Source: an uncultured Actinomycetes bacterium
GTDB taxonomy: Bacteria; Actinomycetota; Thermoleophilia; Solirubrobacterales; 70-9
DNA: 64,000 nucleotides
NCBI GenBank assembly: GCA_963725315.1
Contig: CAVRYA010000002.1
Span: forward strand, 35,028 to 99,027
Direction: 5' to 3'
Under the pieces are notes generated by a model. The model had not been told where the DNA came from, searched no databases, and saw nothing but the letters and a program-made list of their open reading frames with translations. Positions 35,878 through 44,890 of the stretch are shown piece by piece. Position numbers and translations under genes: made by a program. Every line of letters starts with the position of its first letter. Position 1 is the stretch's first letter.

Positions 35878-37784
35878 GGCGAGGTCGGGGTCGTGTTGGT
35901 GGGCGTGGTCGGGGTGGTCGGGCTCGCGGTCAGGTGCCCGACGAAGATCGTCACCTCGTCCCCCTTGGCCAGCTTCGAGCCGGGGGCGGGGAACTGGTCG
36001 GTGACCCTGCCGTCCTGTGCCGGCACGCTGGTGTCTTGGAGGTTGACGGTGACCGCGAAGCCGGCGCCTCTCAGCTTCGAGACCGCGGTCGAGCGCAGAT
36101 CGCCGATCACGTTCGGCACCGAGACCTTCTGCACTCCCTGGGAGACGACGATGCCGACAGTGTCGCCGACGGCCACGCGCTGACCGGCGTCCGGCGATTG
36201 CGAGAGCACCTTGCCGGCCGGCTTCTGGCTCTGCTGGAAGGTGACCGAGTAGTTGAGGCCCCGTCCGGAGATCGCCTGCTTGGCGGCATCGGAGCTGCGA
36301 CCGACCACGGCCGGCACGGTGACCAGGCGTGGGCCGCTGGAGACGTCGACGGTGACCGTCGAGCCGGCCGAGCCGTGCTGCCGGCGGTCGGATCGGTCGA
36401 GATCACCTCGCCCTCCGGCACGATCGGAGGAGCTGACCGAGCTGAATGCCACCTCGAAGCCGGCGGTTCTCGAGCTTCGACTTTGCTTCGGAGCGCGACA
36501 GACCGCGGACGACGGGGAACGGTCCCTGGCCGGGGCCGGAGCTGACGGTGAGGGTCACCTTCGGCTTGGTGCAGAAGAGGGTGAGGAAAGCGCAGTCCAT
36601 CGGCTCGCTTCCGGGCAACGGGTCCTGCTCGAGGACCCTGTCGCGCGGGACGTCGCGGTGCACCCGCTTGACGGCCGCCAGCTTGAAGCCTTCCCTGTCG
36701 AGCTGGTCTATCGCGTCGGAGCGTCTGCCTGGTGCCGAAGGGATCGGTCACGTTGGGGACGTCGGTGCTGGTGTCGCGGGTCAGCGCCAGCCCCACGAGG
36801 ACGCCGAGCAGCGCCGCGACCCCGATCAGGATCCATCGGCGGCGGCGGCGCTTCGCGTCCTCGTCCTCGCCCGGTCCCGTCCTCATCGCTGGACTGCTCG
36901 GGCAGCGGCGCGATCACCGGCGGCAGGGGCGCGAAGGACGCCGTCCCCTCACCGGCCGCCGCCGGGTCCCGCTGGGCGGCGTTCAGCGCCGCGATGAAGG
37001 CGTCGGCGTCGTGGAAGCGGCGGGAGGGGTCCTTCTCCAGCGCCCGCATCACGACCGCGTCCATCGCCGGGGAGACCGCCGGGTTGAGCGCGCTGGGGCG
37101 CTGGGGCGCCTGGGAGACCTGCTTCAGCGCGACGGCGACCGCGCTCTCGCCCTCGAAGGGGACGCGGCGGGTCAGCGCCTCATAGAGGATCACGCCCACC
37201 GAGTAGAGGTCGGAGGCTGCCGTCACCTCCAGGCCCTGCGCCTGCTCCGGCGAGAGGTAGTGGGCGGTCCCCATCACCGAGCCGGTCTGGGTGATCTCCG
37301 AGACGCCGGCCCGGGCGATGCCGAAATCGGTCACCCTGGCACGCCCCTCGGAGTCGACGATCACGTTCTGGGGCTTGAGGTCGCGGTGAATGACGTTGTG
37401 GCGGTGGGCGAACTTGGCGGCCTCGAGGACCTGGATGACCAGCGCCGAGGCCTGCTGCGGGGTGAGGCCCGCGTCGATCAGCTCCTTCATCGAGCGGCCC
37501 TCGACGAACTGCATCGCGATGAAGTAGGTGCCGTCGATCTCGCCGCGATCGAACACCGCGACGATGTTCGGGTGCTGAAGCGAGGCGGCGGCCTCAGCCT
37601 CGCGCCGGAAGCGCTCGACGAACTCGCGGTCCTGGGCGAAGCGCTTGTGGAGGACCTTGAGCGCGATCCGGCGCTGCAGGTGGGTGTCCTCGGCGAGCCA
37701 GACGTCGGCCATCCCTCCGGAGCCGATCCGCTCCAGCAGCCGGTAGCGCCCGGCGACGACCGCGCCCTCGGCGACCTCAGCCAC
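35874..37784 (-). pseudogene. pknB: Ser/Thr protein kinase PknB (kinase domain, TM, PASTA repeats), five frame switches in the TM/PASTA part as assembled
   Basis: GTG 37784 overlaps the pbpA stop. The kinase domain is intact (GSGGMADVWLA, IALKVL, HRDLKPQNVIV, DFGIARA, HYLSPEQ). Later pieces change frame in this order: RRRRRWILIGVAALLGVLVGLAL (TM); SDAIDQLDREGFKLAAVKRVHRDVPRDRVLEQDP...KVTLTVSSGPG; GFEVAFSSVSSS; VPEGEVISTDPTAGSTA; GSTVTVDVSSGPRLVTVPAVVGRS...VSVPNVIGDL...DEVTIFVG. Switches are near 36888, 36725, 36462, 36425 and 36365. Net length is a multiple of 3. Confidence 0.85.
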
Positions 37785-39239
37785 CGTTCCCCGCCAGGAT
37801 CGACTCGGCGACGTCCCTGAAGATCGGCGCGGCGATGTCGTTGCCGAACTGGGGCGTGCACTCGACGCTGGCCGCGATCGCGACCTGGGGGTCCTCGGCC
37901 GGGGCGAAGCCGATGAACCAGGCCTGGTTCTGGTCGGCGCCGCCGCCGCAGCGCCTTGTTGAAGGGCGTCTCGGCGGTGCCGGTCTTGCCGGCGACCGTG
38001 ACGCCCGGGATCGCCGCGTTGGTCCCCGTGCCGGCGCTGACCACGCCCTGCATCGCCGTGTTCAGCTCGTCCGCGGTCTGCCTGCTCATCACGGTCGATT
38101 GCTCGCTCGGCTCCATCCGCTTGGTCAGCCGGCCGTCGGGATCGACCACCTTGTCCCAGATCTGCGGCTTCATCAGCACCCCGCCGTTGGCCACCGTGGC
38201 CGCGACCTCGGCCATCTGGAGGGGAGTCGCCAGCAGCCGCTCCTGGCCGATCGCGACCCGGCCGATGTCGATCGGGTCGTTCGCGTTCAGCAGCGTGCCG
38301 CCGTCGAAGATGCCGCTGACCGAGAGCTGGTCGGAGGGCAGGTCGATCTGCGGCTTGGCGTTGAATCCGAAGGCGTTCATGTACCTGAACAGGGTGTCCT
38401 CGCCGACCTGCTGGCCGAGCTGGGCGAAGAAGGTGTTGACCGAGTCGGTCAGGGCGGTGTCGAGGGCTGATCGCGCCGAAGTCCTCGTCGAAGTCGTTGT
38501 GCAGGGCGGTGCCCTCGACGTCGAGGATCCCCGGGGAGTTGATCGTCGTGTCGGGCGTGATCGTGCCGCTGTCGAGCCCGGCCGCGGCGGTGACGACCTT
38601 GAAGGTCGAGCCCGGCGGGAATTGGCCCTGGGTGGCGCGGTCGAACAGGGACCTCCCAGGGTCCTTGTTGAGCTGGGCCAGATGCTCGGGCACCCGGTTG
38701 GGGTCAAACGGCGGGTTGGAGGCATTGACCAGGACGCGGCCCGTCTTCGGCTCGATCGCGACCACGGCGCCGGAGCCGGCCGCGGCGAGGTCGGAGAGGG
38801 CGACCCGCTGCGCGGTCGCGTCGATGCTGGTGACGATGTCGTTGCCCTCCTGCTTGCGGCCGCGCAGCTCGTCGAGGATCGAGACGAACTCGGAGTCGTT
38901 GCCGACCAGCTCGTCGTTGTGGTACTTCTCGAACTCGGAGTCGCCCTGCTGCACGAAGCTGTAGCCGATCGGGTGCCCGAACAGCTCCCCCTCGGGGTAG
39001 CGGCGCACGTAGCGCAGCCCGGTGCCGTGCCCCTTGTGCACGGAGCGGGCGATCACCGTCCCGTCGGAGGCGAGGATGCGCCCGCGCCGGATCTGCTGCT
39101 GCTCGAGCAACGGCCGCTTGTTGGCGCGCTTCTCCTTCAGCGCCTTGGCGTCGAACACGGACCAGTAGCTGGTGAAGCCGACGAGGACGGCAAAGAGGAG
39201 GACGACGAGCCCAAAGAGCTTGGTGATCTGGGCGTTCAC
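37777..39239 (-). pseudogene. pbpA: Penicillin-binding protein A (class B transpeptidase of the RodA-PbpA pair), two frame switches as assembled
   Basis: GTG 39239 overlaps the rodA stop as GTGA. The N-terminal TM is followed by RGRILASDGTVIARS...AVVAIEPKTGRVLV...PPGSTFKVVTAAAGL, containing the SxxK motif. The frame changes near 38470 to ...SVNTFFAQLG...ATPLQMAEVAATVANGG...GKTGTAE, containing the SxN and KTG motifs. It changes again near 37940 to ADQNQAWFIGFAPAEDPQVAIAASVE...ILAGNGG-stop. Confidence 0.85.
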
Positions 39240-40555
39240 GGGCCGTTCGGGTAGGTCGTGGAGAGGCGGGCCTCGCGCCGGGCCCGGTCGGAGATCAGCA
39301 GCAGCAGCGCCAGGAGGACGAAGTTGGCGACGATCGAGCTGCCGCCGTAGCTGACGAAGGGAAGCGTCACCCCGGTCAGCGGGATCACCCTGGTCACCCC
39401 GCCGATGATCACGAAGGCCTGGATCGCGAAGACGGCGGTCAGCCCTGCGGCGAGCAGCTTCGAGAAGCCGTCGTCGGCCATCAGCGCAATCTTGAAGCCG
39501 CGGGCGGTGACCAGCAGGTAGATGAGGATCAGCCCGCAGGCGCCGAAGAGGCCGATCTCGTTGACGATCAGCGAGTAGATCGTGTCGGTTTGGGCGGCCG
39601 GGAGCAGCGCGTCGTCGGTGCCGGGGATCGTGATCAGCGCCTGGCCGAAGCCCCTGCCGAAGAGGCCGCCGTCGGCCTGCGCGAAGATCGATTGAAGGAC
39701 CTGGTAGCCGGTTGTGGTCGGGTGCTGGTAGGGATCGAGCCAGATCTCCACCCGGTCGTGGACGTGGGGGACGGTCGAGGCGAAGAACCAGGCCCCGGCG
39801 AGAAACAGCGCCATGCCGATCACCACGAACGAGAAGCGCCCGGTGGCGACGTAGAGCAGCGCCAGGAAGGCCGCGAAGAACATCAGCGAGCTGCCGAGGT
39901 CGCGGATGTAGACGAGCATGAACATCGAGGCGCCCCAGACGACCAGCAGCGGGCCGAGGTGCTTGAGCGGCGGCAGGGTCACCCCCATCACCCGCCTGGC
40001 GCCGACGATCAGCACCTCGCGGTGCTCGCGCAGGTAGCTGGCGAGGAAGATGACGATGCAGATCTTCGAGAACTCCGCGGGCTGGAAGGCGAGCGGCCCG
40101 ATCTTCACGCCCAGGTACGCGCCGTTGACCTGCTGGCCGATGCCGGGCAGGCGCGGCGCGAGCAGCAGCAGCAGGCCGGCGCCGGCGATCGTGTAGCGGT
40201 AGCGCTCGAGCACCTCGTAGTCGCGCAGGAAGTGGATCGTCAGCGCGAAGAGGACGAGGCCGAGGACGAACCAGTTGGCCTGGTCGCGCGCCAGGGCGTC
40301 GTCGATCCGGTAGATCATCACCAGCCCCACCGCGGTCAGCAGCGCGACCAGCGGGAACAGGTAGGGGTCGGCGTCCGGGAGCCGGATCCGCAGGTAGAGA
40401 TGCGTGGCGAGACAGATCGCCAGGAAGTAGGCACCGTAGATCAGGCTGAGGTTCCCGAGCTGGGTGCGGTCCTGGGCGAAGACCGCCGTGAAGCCCGCGG
40501 TGAGCAGCAGCGCCACCGGCACCAGCGCGAACAGCTCGCGGTTGCGGGCGCTCAC
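39236..40555 (-). CDS. rodA: SEDS-family peptidoglycan glycosyltransferase RodA/FtsW
   Basis: Intact 439-aa polytopic ORF. FQPAEFSKICIVIFLASYL...QTDTIYSLIVNEIGLFGACGLI...TGVTLPFVSYGGSSIVANF are FtsW/RodA/SpoVE signature blocks. Confidence 0.92.
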   Translation of the reverse strand: MSARNRELFALVPVALLLTAGFTAVFAQDRTQLGNLSLIYGAYFLAICLATHLYLRIRLPDADPYLFPLVALLTAVGLVMIYRIDDALARDQANWFVLGLVLFALTIHFLRDYEVLERYRYTIAGAGLLLLLAPRLPGIGQQVNGAYLGVKIGPLAFQPAEFSKICIVIFLASYLREHREVLIVGARRVMGVTLPPLKHLGPLLVVWGASMFMLVYIRDLGSSLMFFAAFLALLYVATGRFSFVVIGMALFLAGAWFFASTVPHVHDRVEIWLDPYQHPTTTGYQVLQSIFAQADGGLFGRGFGQALITIPGTDDALLPAAQTDTIYSLIVNEIGLFGACGLILIYLLVTARGFKIALMADDGFSKLLAAGLTAVFAIQAFVIIGGVTRVIPLTGVTLPFVSYGGSSIVANFVLLALLLLISDRARREARLSTTYPNGP

Positions 40556-41862
40556 TGCTTCGCCCCGGCGGCGCCGGGGCCCTGCGCCGCGGAGGCGTCG
40601 CTGCCCTGCCCGGCGGCGCCCGAGCCACTGTTGCCACCCTTGCCTGGGGACTTGGGGGATTCGGAGCGCTCGACCGCGGCGGTGCCGTCCGGGGCGAGGC
40701 CCGCCTTGCGCTCGATGTCCTCGATCAGCGAGGTGGCGTCCGAGCGCGAGCGCAGGTCGTGGCCGGTGACCGAGCTCTGCTGGCGCGCCGGCAGCGAGGA
40801 GGTCTGGATCGGGCTCGCGTAGCGCTCCTCGTAGAGGCTGATCCCGAAGGGGAGGTCATAGGGGAGGCCCCGGTAGAGCGCCACCCGGCCGCCGTCGTCG
40901 GTGCCGAGGAACCAGACCTGGCGGATCCCGTAGGCGGCGCCGAGGACGATCGCGGCGAGCAGGACAGCCGCCGCCGCGGCCTTCGCAGCCCGCCGCAGGC
41001 CCTTTCGCCGGCTCCGCGGCTCCTCCCCCCTCGTCCTCGCCCGCGCCGCTGCGGTTCCGCGGCGGACCTCCTCGGCGGTGAAGCCCTCCTCGGCGGCGCT
41101 TGGCCCGACCAGGGTCGGGCTCTCGGCGGCCGGGGCCGGGGCCGCGGCATCGTCGAGGCGGAATGCGACCGCGGTGATGTTGTCGCGGCCGCCCTCGCGG
41201 TTCGCGTCGTCGACCAGCGCCCGGACGGCAGCGTCGAGCGAGGGCGCGTCCGAGAGCAGCCCTTCGATCCTCCGCTCTCCGATCATCGTCGTCAACCCGT
41301 CCGAGCAGAGCAGGAAGACGTCCCCGGGCAGGGCGGAGACCGTTTGCACGTCGACCTCGACCTCGGCCTCGGGACCGAGGGCACGGGTGATGATCGAGCG
41401 CTGCGGATGGTCCTCGGCCTGCGCGTCGGTGATCTGGCCCTTGCGGCGCATCTCCTCCACCAGGGAGTGATCGCGGGTCAGCAGCTCGAGCTTGCCGCCG
41501 CGCAGGCGGTAGGCGCGGCTGTCCCCGACGTGGCCGATCGCCACCTCGTCGGTCGCGGCGTTGAACATCGCCGCGGTGATCGTCGTCCCCATCCCGGCGC
41601 GCGAGGGGTCGCTGCGGGCGAGCTCGTGGATCTCGCGATTGGCCGACTCGATCGTCTCGCGGAGGATCTTCTCCGGGGCCCCGTCCGGGAGGTCGCGCTC
41701 GAAGGCGTCCGCGGCGGTCTTCGAGGCCACCTCCCCGGCCTGAGCGCCTCCCATCCCGTCGGCGACGAGGAAGACCGGCGCCCGGGCGAAGAAGGAGTCC
41801 TCATTCGCGTTCCGTTGGCGGCCGGTGTCGGTGCGAAAGGCGAGATCGGCGACCTTCAGCAC
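40552..41862 (-). CDS. pstP: PP2C-family Ser/Thr phosphatase with a TM and extracellular tail (PstP-like)
   Basis: Intact 436-aa ORF with a GTG start. RTDTGRQRNANEDSF...FLVADGMGGAQAGEVAS...GDVFLLCSDGL...DNITAVAF are PP2C motifs. The TM segment AAAAAVLLAAIVLGAAYGI follows. Confidence 0.9.
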   Translation of the reverse strand: MLKVADLAFRTDTGRQRNANEDSFFARAPVFLVADGMGGAQAGEVASKTAADAFERDLPDGAPEKILRETIESANREIHELARSDPSRAGMGTTITAAMFNAATDEVAIGHVGDSRAYRLRGGKLELLTRDHSLVEEMRRKGQITDAQAEDHPQRSIITRALGPEAEVEVDVQTVSALPGDVFLLCSDGLTTMIGERRIEGLLSDAPSLDAAVRALVDDANREGGRDNITAVAFRLDDAAAPAPAAESPTLVGPSAAEEGFTAEEVRRGTAAARARTRGEEPRSRRKGLRRAAKAAAAAVLLAAIVLGAAYGIRQVWFLGTDDGGRVALYRGLPYDLPFGISLYEERYASPIQTSSLPARQQSSVTGHDLRSRSDATSLIEDIERKAGLAPDGTAAVERSESPKSPGKGGNSGSGAAGQGSDASAAQGPGAAGAKQ

Positions 41863-41866
41863 CGGG

Positions 41867-42334
41867 TCACTCCAGCTCGAAGCGGAACTCGGTGTCGCCG
41901 ATCCGCAGCATGTCCCCGGGCACCAGCTCAGCCTCCCCGCTCAGCGAGGCGTCGTTCAGCAAGGTCCCGTTGGTGGAGTTCATGTCCTCGACGTAATAGC
42001 GGCCGCCGCGCATGTAGATCCTGGCGTGCAGCCCGGAGGCGTAGCGATCCTCGATGCGCACGTCGGCCTCGGCCGAGCGCCCGATCGAGAGCCCTCCGAA
42101 GAGGTCGAACCGCTCCCCGGAGGAGAGTCCGCCGCCGCGCTCGACGACCAGCCAGCCATCCTCGCCCGGGCCGTCATCGGCGGCGGGGATGCTGTGGTAG
42201 CCGGTCGCGTCCGGCGCCGGGGAAACGGTCCGGCGCAGGTCCTTGAGCGCGCTTCTGGCGATCCACAGCAGGAACAGGTAGAGGACGGCCAGGAAGCCGA
42301 ACTTGAGGGCTACTGAGATCGGCTCGTAGTCCAC
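41867..42334 (-). CDS. fhaB: FHA-domain membrane protein FhaB/FipA
   Basis: I prefer GTG 42334, just after the fhaA stop. The TM segment ALKFGFLAVLYLFLLWIA is followed by a C-terminal FHA domain (SIGRSAEADVRIEDRYASGLHARI...VEDMNSTNGTLLND...GDMLRIGDTEF). The ORF track starts 54 nt further upstream, overlapping fhaA. Confidence 0.85.
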   Translation of the reverse strand: MDYEPISVALKFGFLAVLYLFLLWIARSALKDLRRTVSPAPDATGYHSIPAADDGPGEDGWLVVERGGGLSSGERFDLFGGLSIGRSAEADVRIEDRYASGLHARIYMRGGRYYVEDMNSTNGTLLNDASLSGEAELVPGDMLRIGDTEFRFELE

Positions 42335-42338
42335 CGAC

Positions 42339-43109
42339 TCATTGCTCGAGGTCGAAGACGAAGGTCGTCGTGCCGATAGTGACCTCATCCCCCGGCCGCA
42401 GCCGCGAGGAGGACACCCGTCGACCGTTGACCTTGATCCCGTTGGTGGAGCCGAGATCGGCTATCTGCCAGTCCCCGGTGTCGGCGCGGCGCAACTCGGC
42501 GTGGCGGCGCGAGACGTTCGGGTCGCGCAGGACGCAATCGGTGTCCTTGGAGCGCCCGATGGTCGCCTTCGGGCCGTCGAGGACGTAGCGGCGGTCGTCG
42601 AGCGCGACGATCGCCCGGGTCGGGACCGGCCCGGGCGCCTGGCGCCCGGGAGGTGGCGCCGCCTCCCGCTCCTTCACCGCCGAGTAGACCATCGTGTGGC
42701 CCTCCTCTCCCTGCCTCGGGCTCTCGCCCTCGCGGGCCGGCGGCTTGACCAGCCGCGTCTGGATCCCGAACTCCCCCAGCCGCAGGCGCTCGTCTGTCTT
42801 GAAGGTCACCGCCGGGCGGGTGAGCAGATCGTAGCCGCGGCGCCGCGCATGCTCCAGCAGGTAGCCGGAGAGCTCCTGCTCGAGCGAGCGCTCATACCCC
42901 TCGAGCTTGCCGCGGTCCTGGCGGGAGAGGTGGACGATGTACTCGTTGGGGACGTAGACCCGCGATACGGAAGCCGTCTGGTGCGCGTCCATCTCCTTCG
43001 CAAGCTTGCGGGCCAGCTCGACCGGTTGCACCTCGGAGCTGAAGGCACGGCTGAACACGCCTTCGACGAGGCCTTCGATCCGGGCTTCGAGATTGCGCAG
43101 AACGCTGAT
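42339..43109 (-). CDS. fhaA: FhaA (DUF3662 N-domain plus C-terminal FHA domain); the N-terminus probably starts at a non-canonical ATC
   Basis: The track ORF starts at GTG 43058 (MFSRAFSSEVQPVELARKLAKEMD...). The same frame stays open upstream and encodes ISVLRNLEARIEGLVEGVF, the conserved first helix of DUF3662. AAGGAG lies 6 nt upstream of ATC 43109. The C-terminal FHA domain reads TIGRSKDTDCVLRDPNVSRRHAEL...DLGSTNGIKVNG. Confidence 0.8.
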   Translation of the reverse strand: MSVLRNLEARIEGLVEGVFSRAFSSEVQPVELARKLAKEMDAHQTASVSRVYVPNEYIVHLSRQDRGKLEGYERSLEQELSGYLLEHARRRGYDLLTRPAVTFKTDERLRLGEFGIQTRLVKPPAREGESPRQGEEGHTMVYSAVKEREAAPPPGRQAPGPVPTRAIVALDDRRYVLDGPKATIGRSKDTDCVLRDPNVSRRHAELRRADTGDWQIADLGSTNGIKVNGRRVSSSRLRPGDEVTIGTTTFVFDLEQ

Positions 43110-43170
43110 GGCAGGCTCCTTGGCTTTGGCTGGAGAGCAGGCTCGGGGGCCTGGGTCCGCGGCTGGGATC

Positions 43171-44751
43171 CTACGGAAGTGTGGCCCCCCGATTGCCCGC
43201 AGCCGCTGCTGCGGCGGCGCCCTGCGGGCGCCGGGCCAGGCCGGTGTGCGAGCCGCTCAGTGGGTGGCGGGCAAGCCAGGCGCGAACCGGGGCGAGGATG
43301 AGGCCCGCGATCAGCGCCGCCGCGCACCAGATCGCCATGCCGGCGAGGAATCCGGGACCGCTCAGGAGCGGCCAGAGGACCTCGGTGAGGGCAGCGCCGG
43401 CCGAGTCCTGCCAGCCGCGGGGCGGCTGCACCGAGGCTCCCAGCAGGAGATCGCGGCGCAGCACCACCTCAGCGAGGCTGATCCAGGCGAAGCCGGTTGC
43501 GGCGAGCACGACCCGGTCGCGCCAGCGGCCGGCCAGGGCTGCAACCGCGGGAAAGACGGGTGCGAGACCGAGAGCGCCGAGCGGCGCTGCTGCGGCCGGA
43601 ACGATCAAGCCGCGTCCGCCGCCGCCGATCAGCAATGCCGGGGGCAGCGTGACCAGGGCGAGCAGCAACGCCGCCCCGGGGCGGTCGGCGGCGAGCAGCC
43701 ACCCGGCGAGGCCGAGGGCGGCGAGGAGAAAGCCGAGGCGGGGGCGCAGGAGCCAGGCTGCCGCCACCAGGGGGACCAGCAGGTAGCCCCACGGCGGCCC
43801 GGCTGGGCCGACCGAGATCATCGCGGCCGCGGTCAGGCCCGAAGCGACGGCGGCCGAGGCGACGTCGCCGACCTCGCAGCCCGCCATGCCCTTCCCGAAG
43901 GCCGCCAGCGGCGAGGAGAGATGCGGGGGCGGGAGCTGCCTCGAGTCATCGAGCTGTTCCAGGGAGGACTCGATTGCCGTCCCCAGCTCCTCGACGCTGG
44001 GGCGCAGATCGGGATCGGGCTCGAGCGAGGCGTCGATCGCCTCGACCACGGGCGGGGGCAGGTCGGGGCGGGTGCGGCCGAGGGAGGGGACCGGGGTACC
44101 GATCGATCGCGCGGTTGCGGTCGGCGTCGCCCGGCGGTGGGGGTTCTCGCCGCTCCAGCACTCATACAGGGTCAGGGCCAGGCCGTAGACGTCGGCGGCC
44201 GGTCCCGCCGGACTCCCGTCGGCCTGCTCCGGAGCCATGTAGGCGAGCGTGCCGACCACCGTCCCCGTGGCGGTCAGGCCGTCCGTGTCGAGGACCCGAG
44301 CGATCCCGAAGTCCATCAGCTTCGCCGGCGCGGACGCCGCGGGGACGAGCACGTTCTGGGGCTTGATGTCGCGGTGGATCACGCCCCGCGAGTGGGCATG
44401 GTCGAGCGCCTCGCAGATGTCCGCGCCGACCTCCGCGACCTCCCGGTCGCAGAGCTGCCCCTCGCCGGAGAGCTCGTCAAGGGTGGCGCCGTCGACGAGC
44501 TCCGAGACCAGATAGGCGCGTCCCTCCTCCTCGCCCAGCTCGTAAAGGGTGACGATGCCGCGGTGGTTGAGCCGGGCCGCAGCCTGCGCCTCGCGCAGCA
44601 CCCGGCTCCCGGTACCGGCGCCCGCATCGATGACCTTGACCGCGACGTCGCGCTCGAGGCGGCTGTCCCAGGCGCGGTAGACGACGCCGAAGCCGCCGCT
44701 GCCGAGCCTCTGCTCGATCCGGAAACGGTTGAGTACCACTGAGCCCATCAC
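43171..44751 (-). CDS. Ser/Thr protein kinase fused to a polytopic (at least six hydrophobic segments) C-terminal membrane domain
   Basis: Intact 526-aa ORF. Kinase motifs are GSGGFGVVYRA, VAVKVI, HRDIKPQNVLV, DFGIARV and YMAPEQ. About 230 aa of Ala/Leu/Gly-rich hydrophobic helices follow. Confidence 0.85.
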   Translation of the reverse strand: MMGSVVLNRFRIEQRLGSGGFGVVYRAWDSRLERDVAVKVIDAGAGTGSRVLREAQAAARLNHRGIVTLYELGEEEGRAYLVSELVDGATLDELSGEGQLCDREVAEVGADICEALDHAHSRGVIHRDIKPQNVLVPAASAPAKLMDFGIARVLDTDGLTATGTVVGTLAYMAPEQADGSPAGPAADVYGLALTLYECWSGENPHRRATPTATARSIGTPVPSLGRTRPDLPPPVVEAIDASLEPDPDLRPSVEELGTAIESSLEQLDDSRQLPPPHLSSPLAAFGKGMAGCEVGDVASAAVASGLTAAAMISVGPAGPPWGYLLVPLVAAAWLLRPRLGFLLAALGLAGWLLAADRPGAALLLALVTLPPALLIGGGGRGLIVPAAAAPLGALGLAPVFPAVAALAGRWRDRVVLAATGFAWISLAEVVLRRDLLLGASVQPPRGWQDSAGAALTEVLWPLLSGPGFLAGMAIWCAAALIAGLILAPVRAWLARHPLSGSHTGLARRPQGAAAAAAAGNRGATLP

Positions 44752-44890
44752 GACTGCTTCGACTTCGACGCCGGAGCCCGCAGGCCTGCCCGCAGGCGCA
44801 AGATTGACACCGATCGTCGGCGGTTCCCCGCGCCGGGTCCCCCGCAGCGTTCATACTTGCCGCCGAGCCGTCTGCCCCCGGAGACTCTCC

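Noticed and set aside
36708-40637. A 1309-aa minus-strand ORF that would be a giant fusion protein
   Set aside because: It is a composite. Its N-terminal third is an Arg/Pro-rich off-frame shadow of rodA. The middle is the first part of pbpA, and the end is the pknB kinase domain. Real gene boundaries (GTGA at 39236-39239, GTGGCTGA at 37777-37784) lie inside it. It persists only because high G+C suppresses stops.
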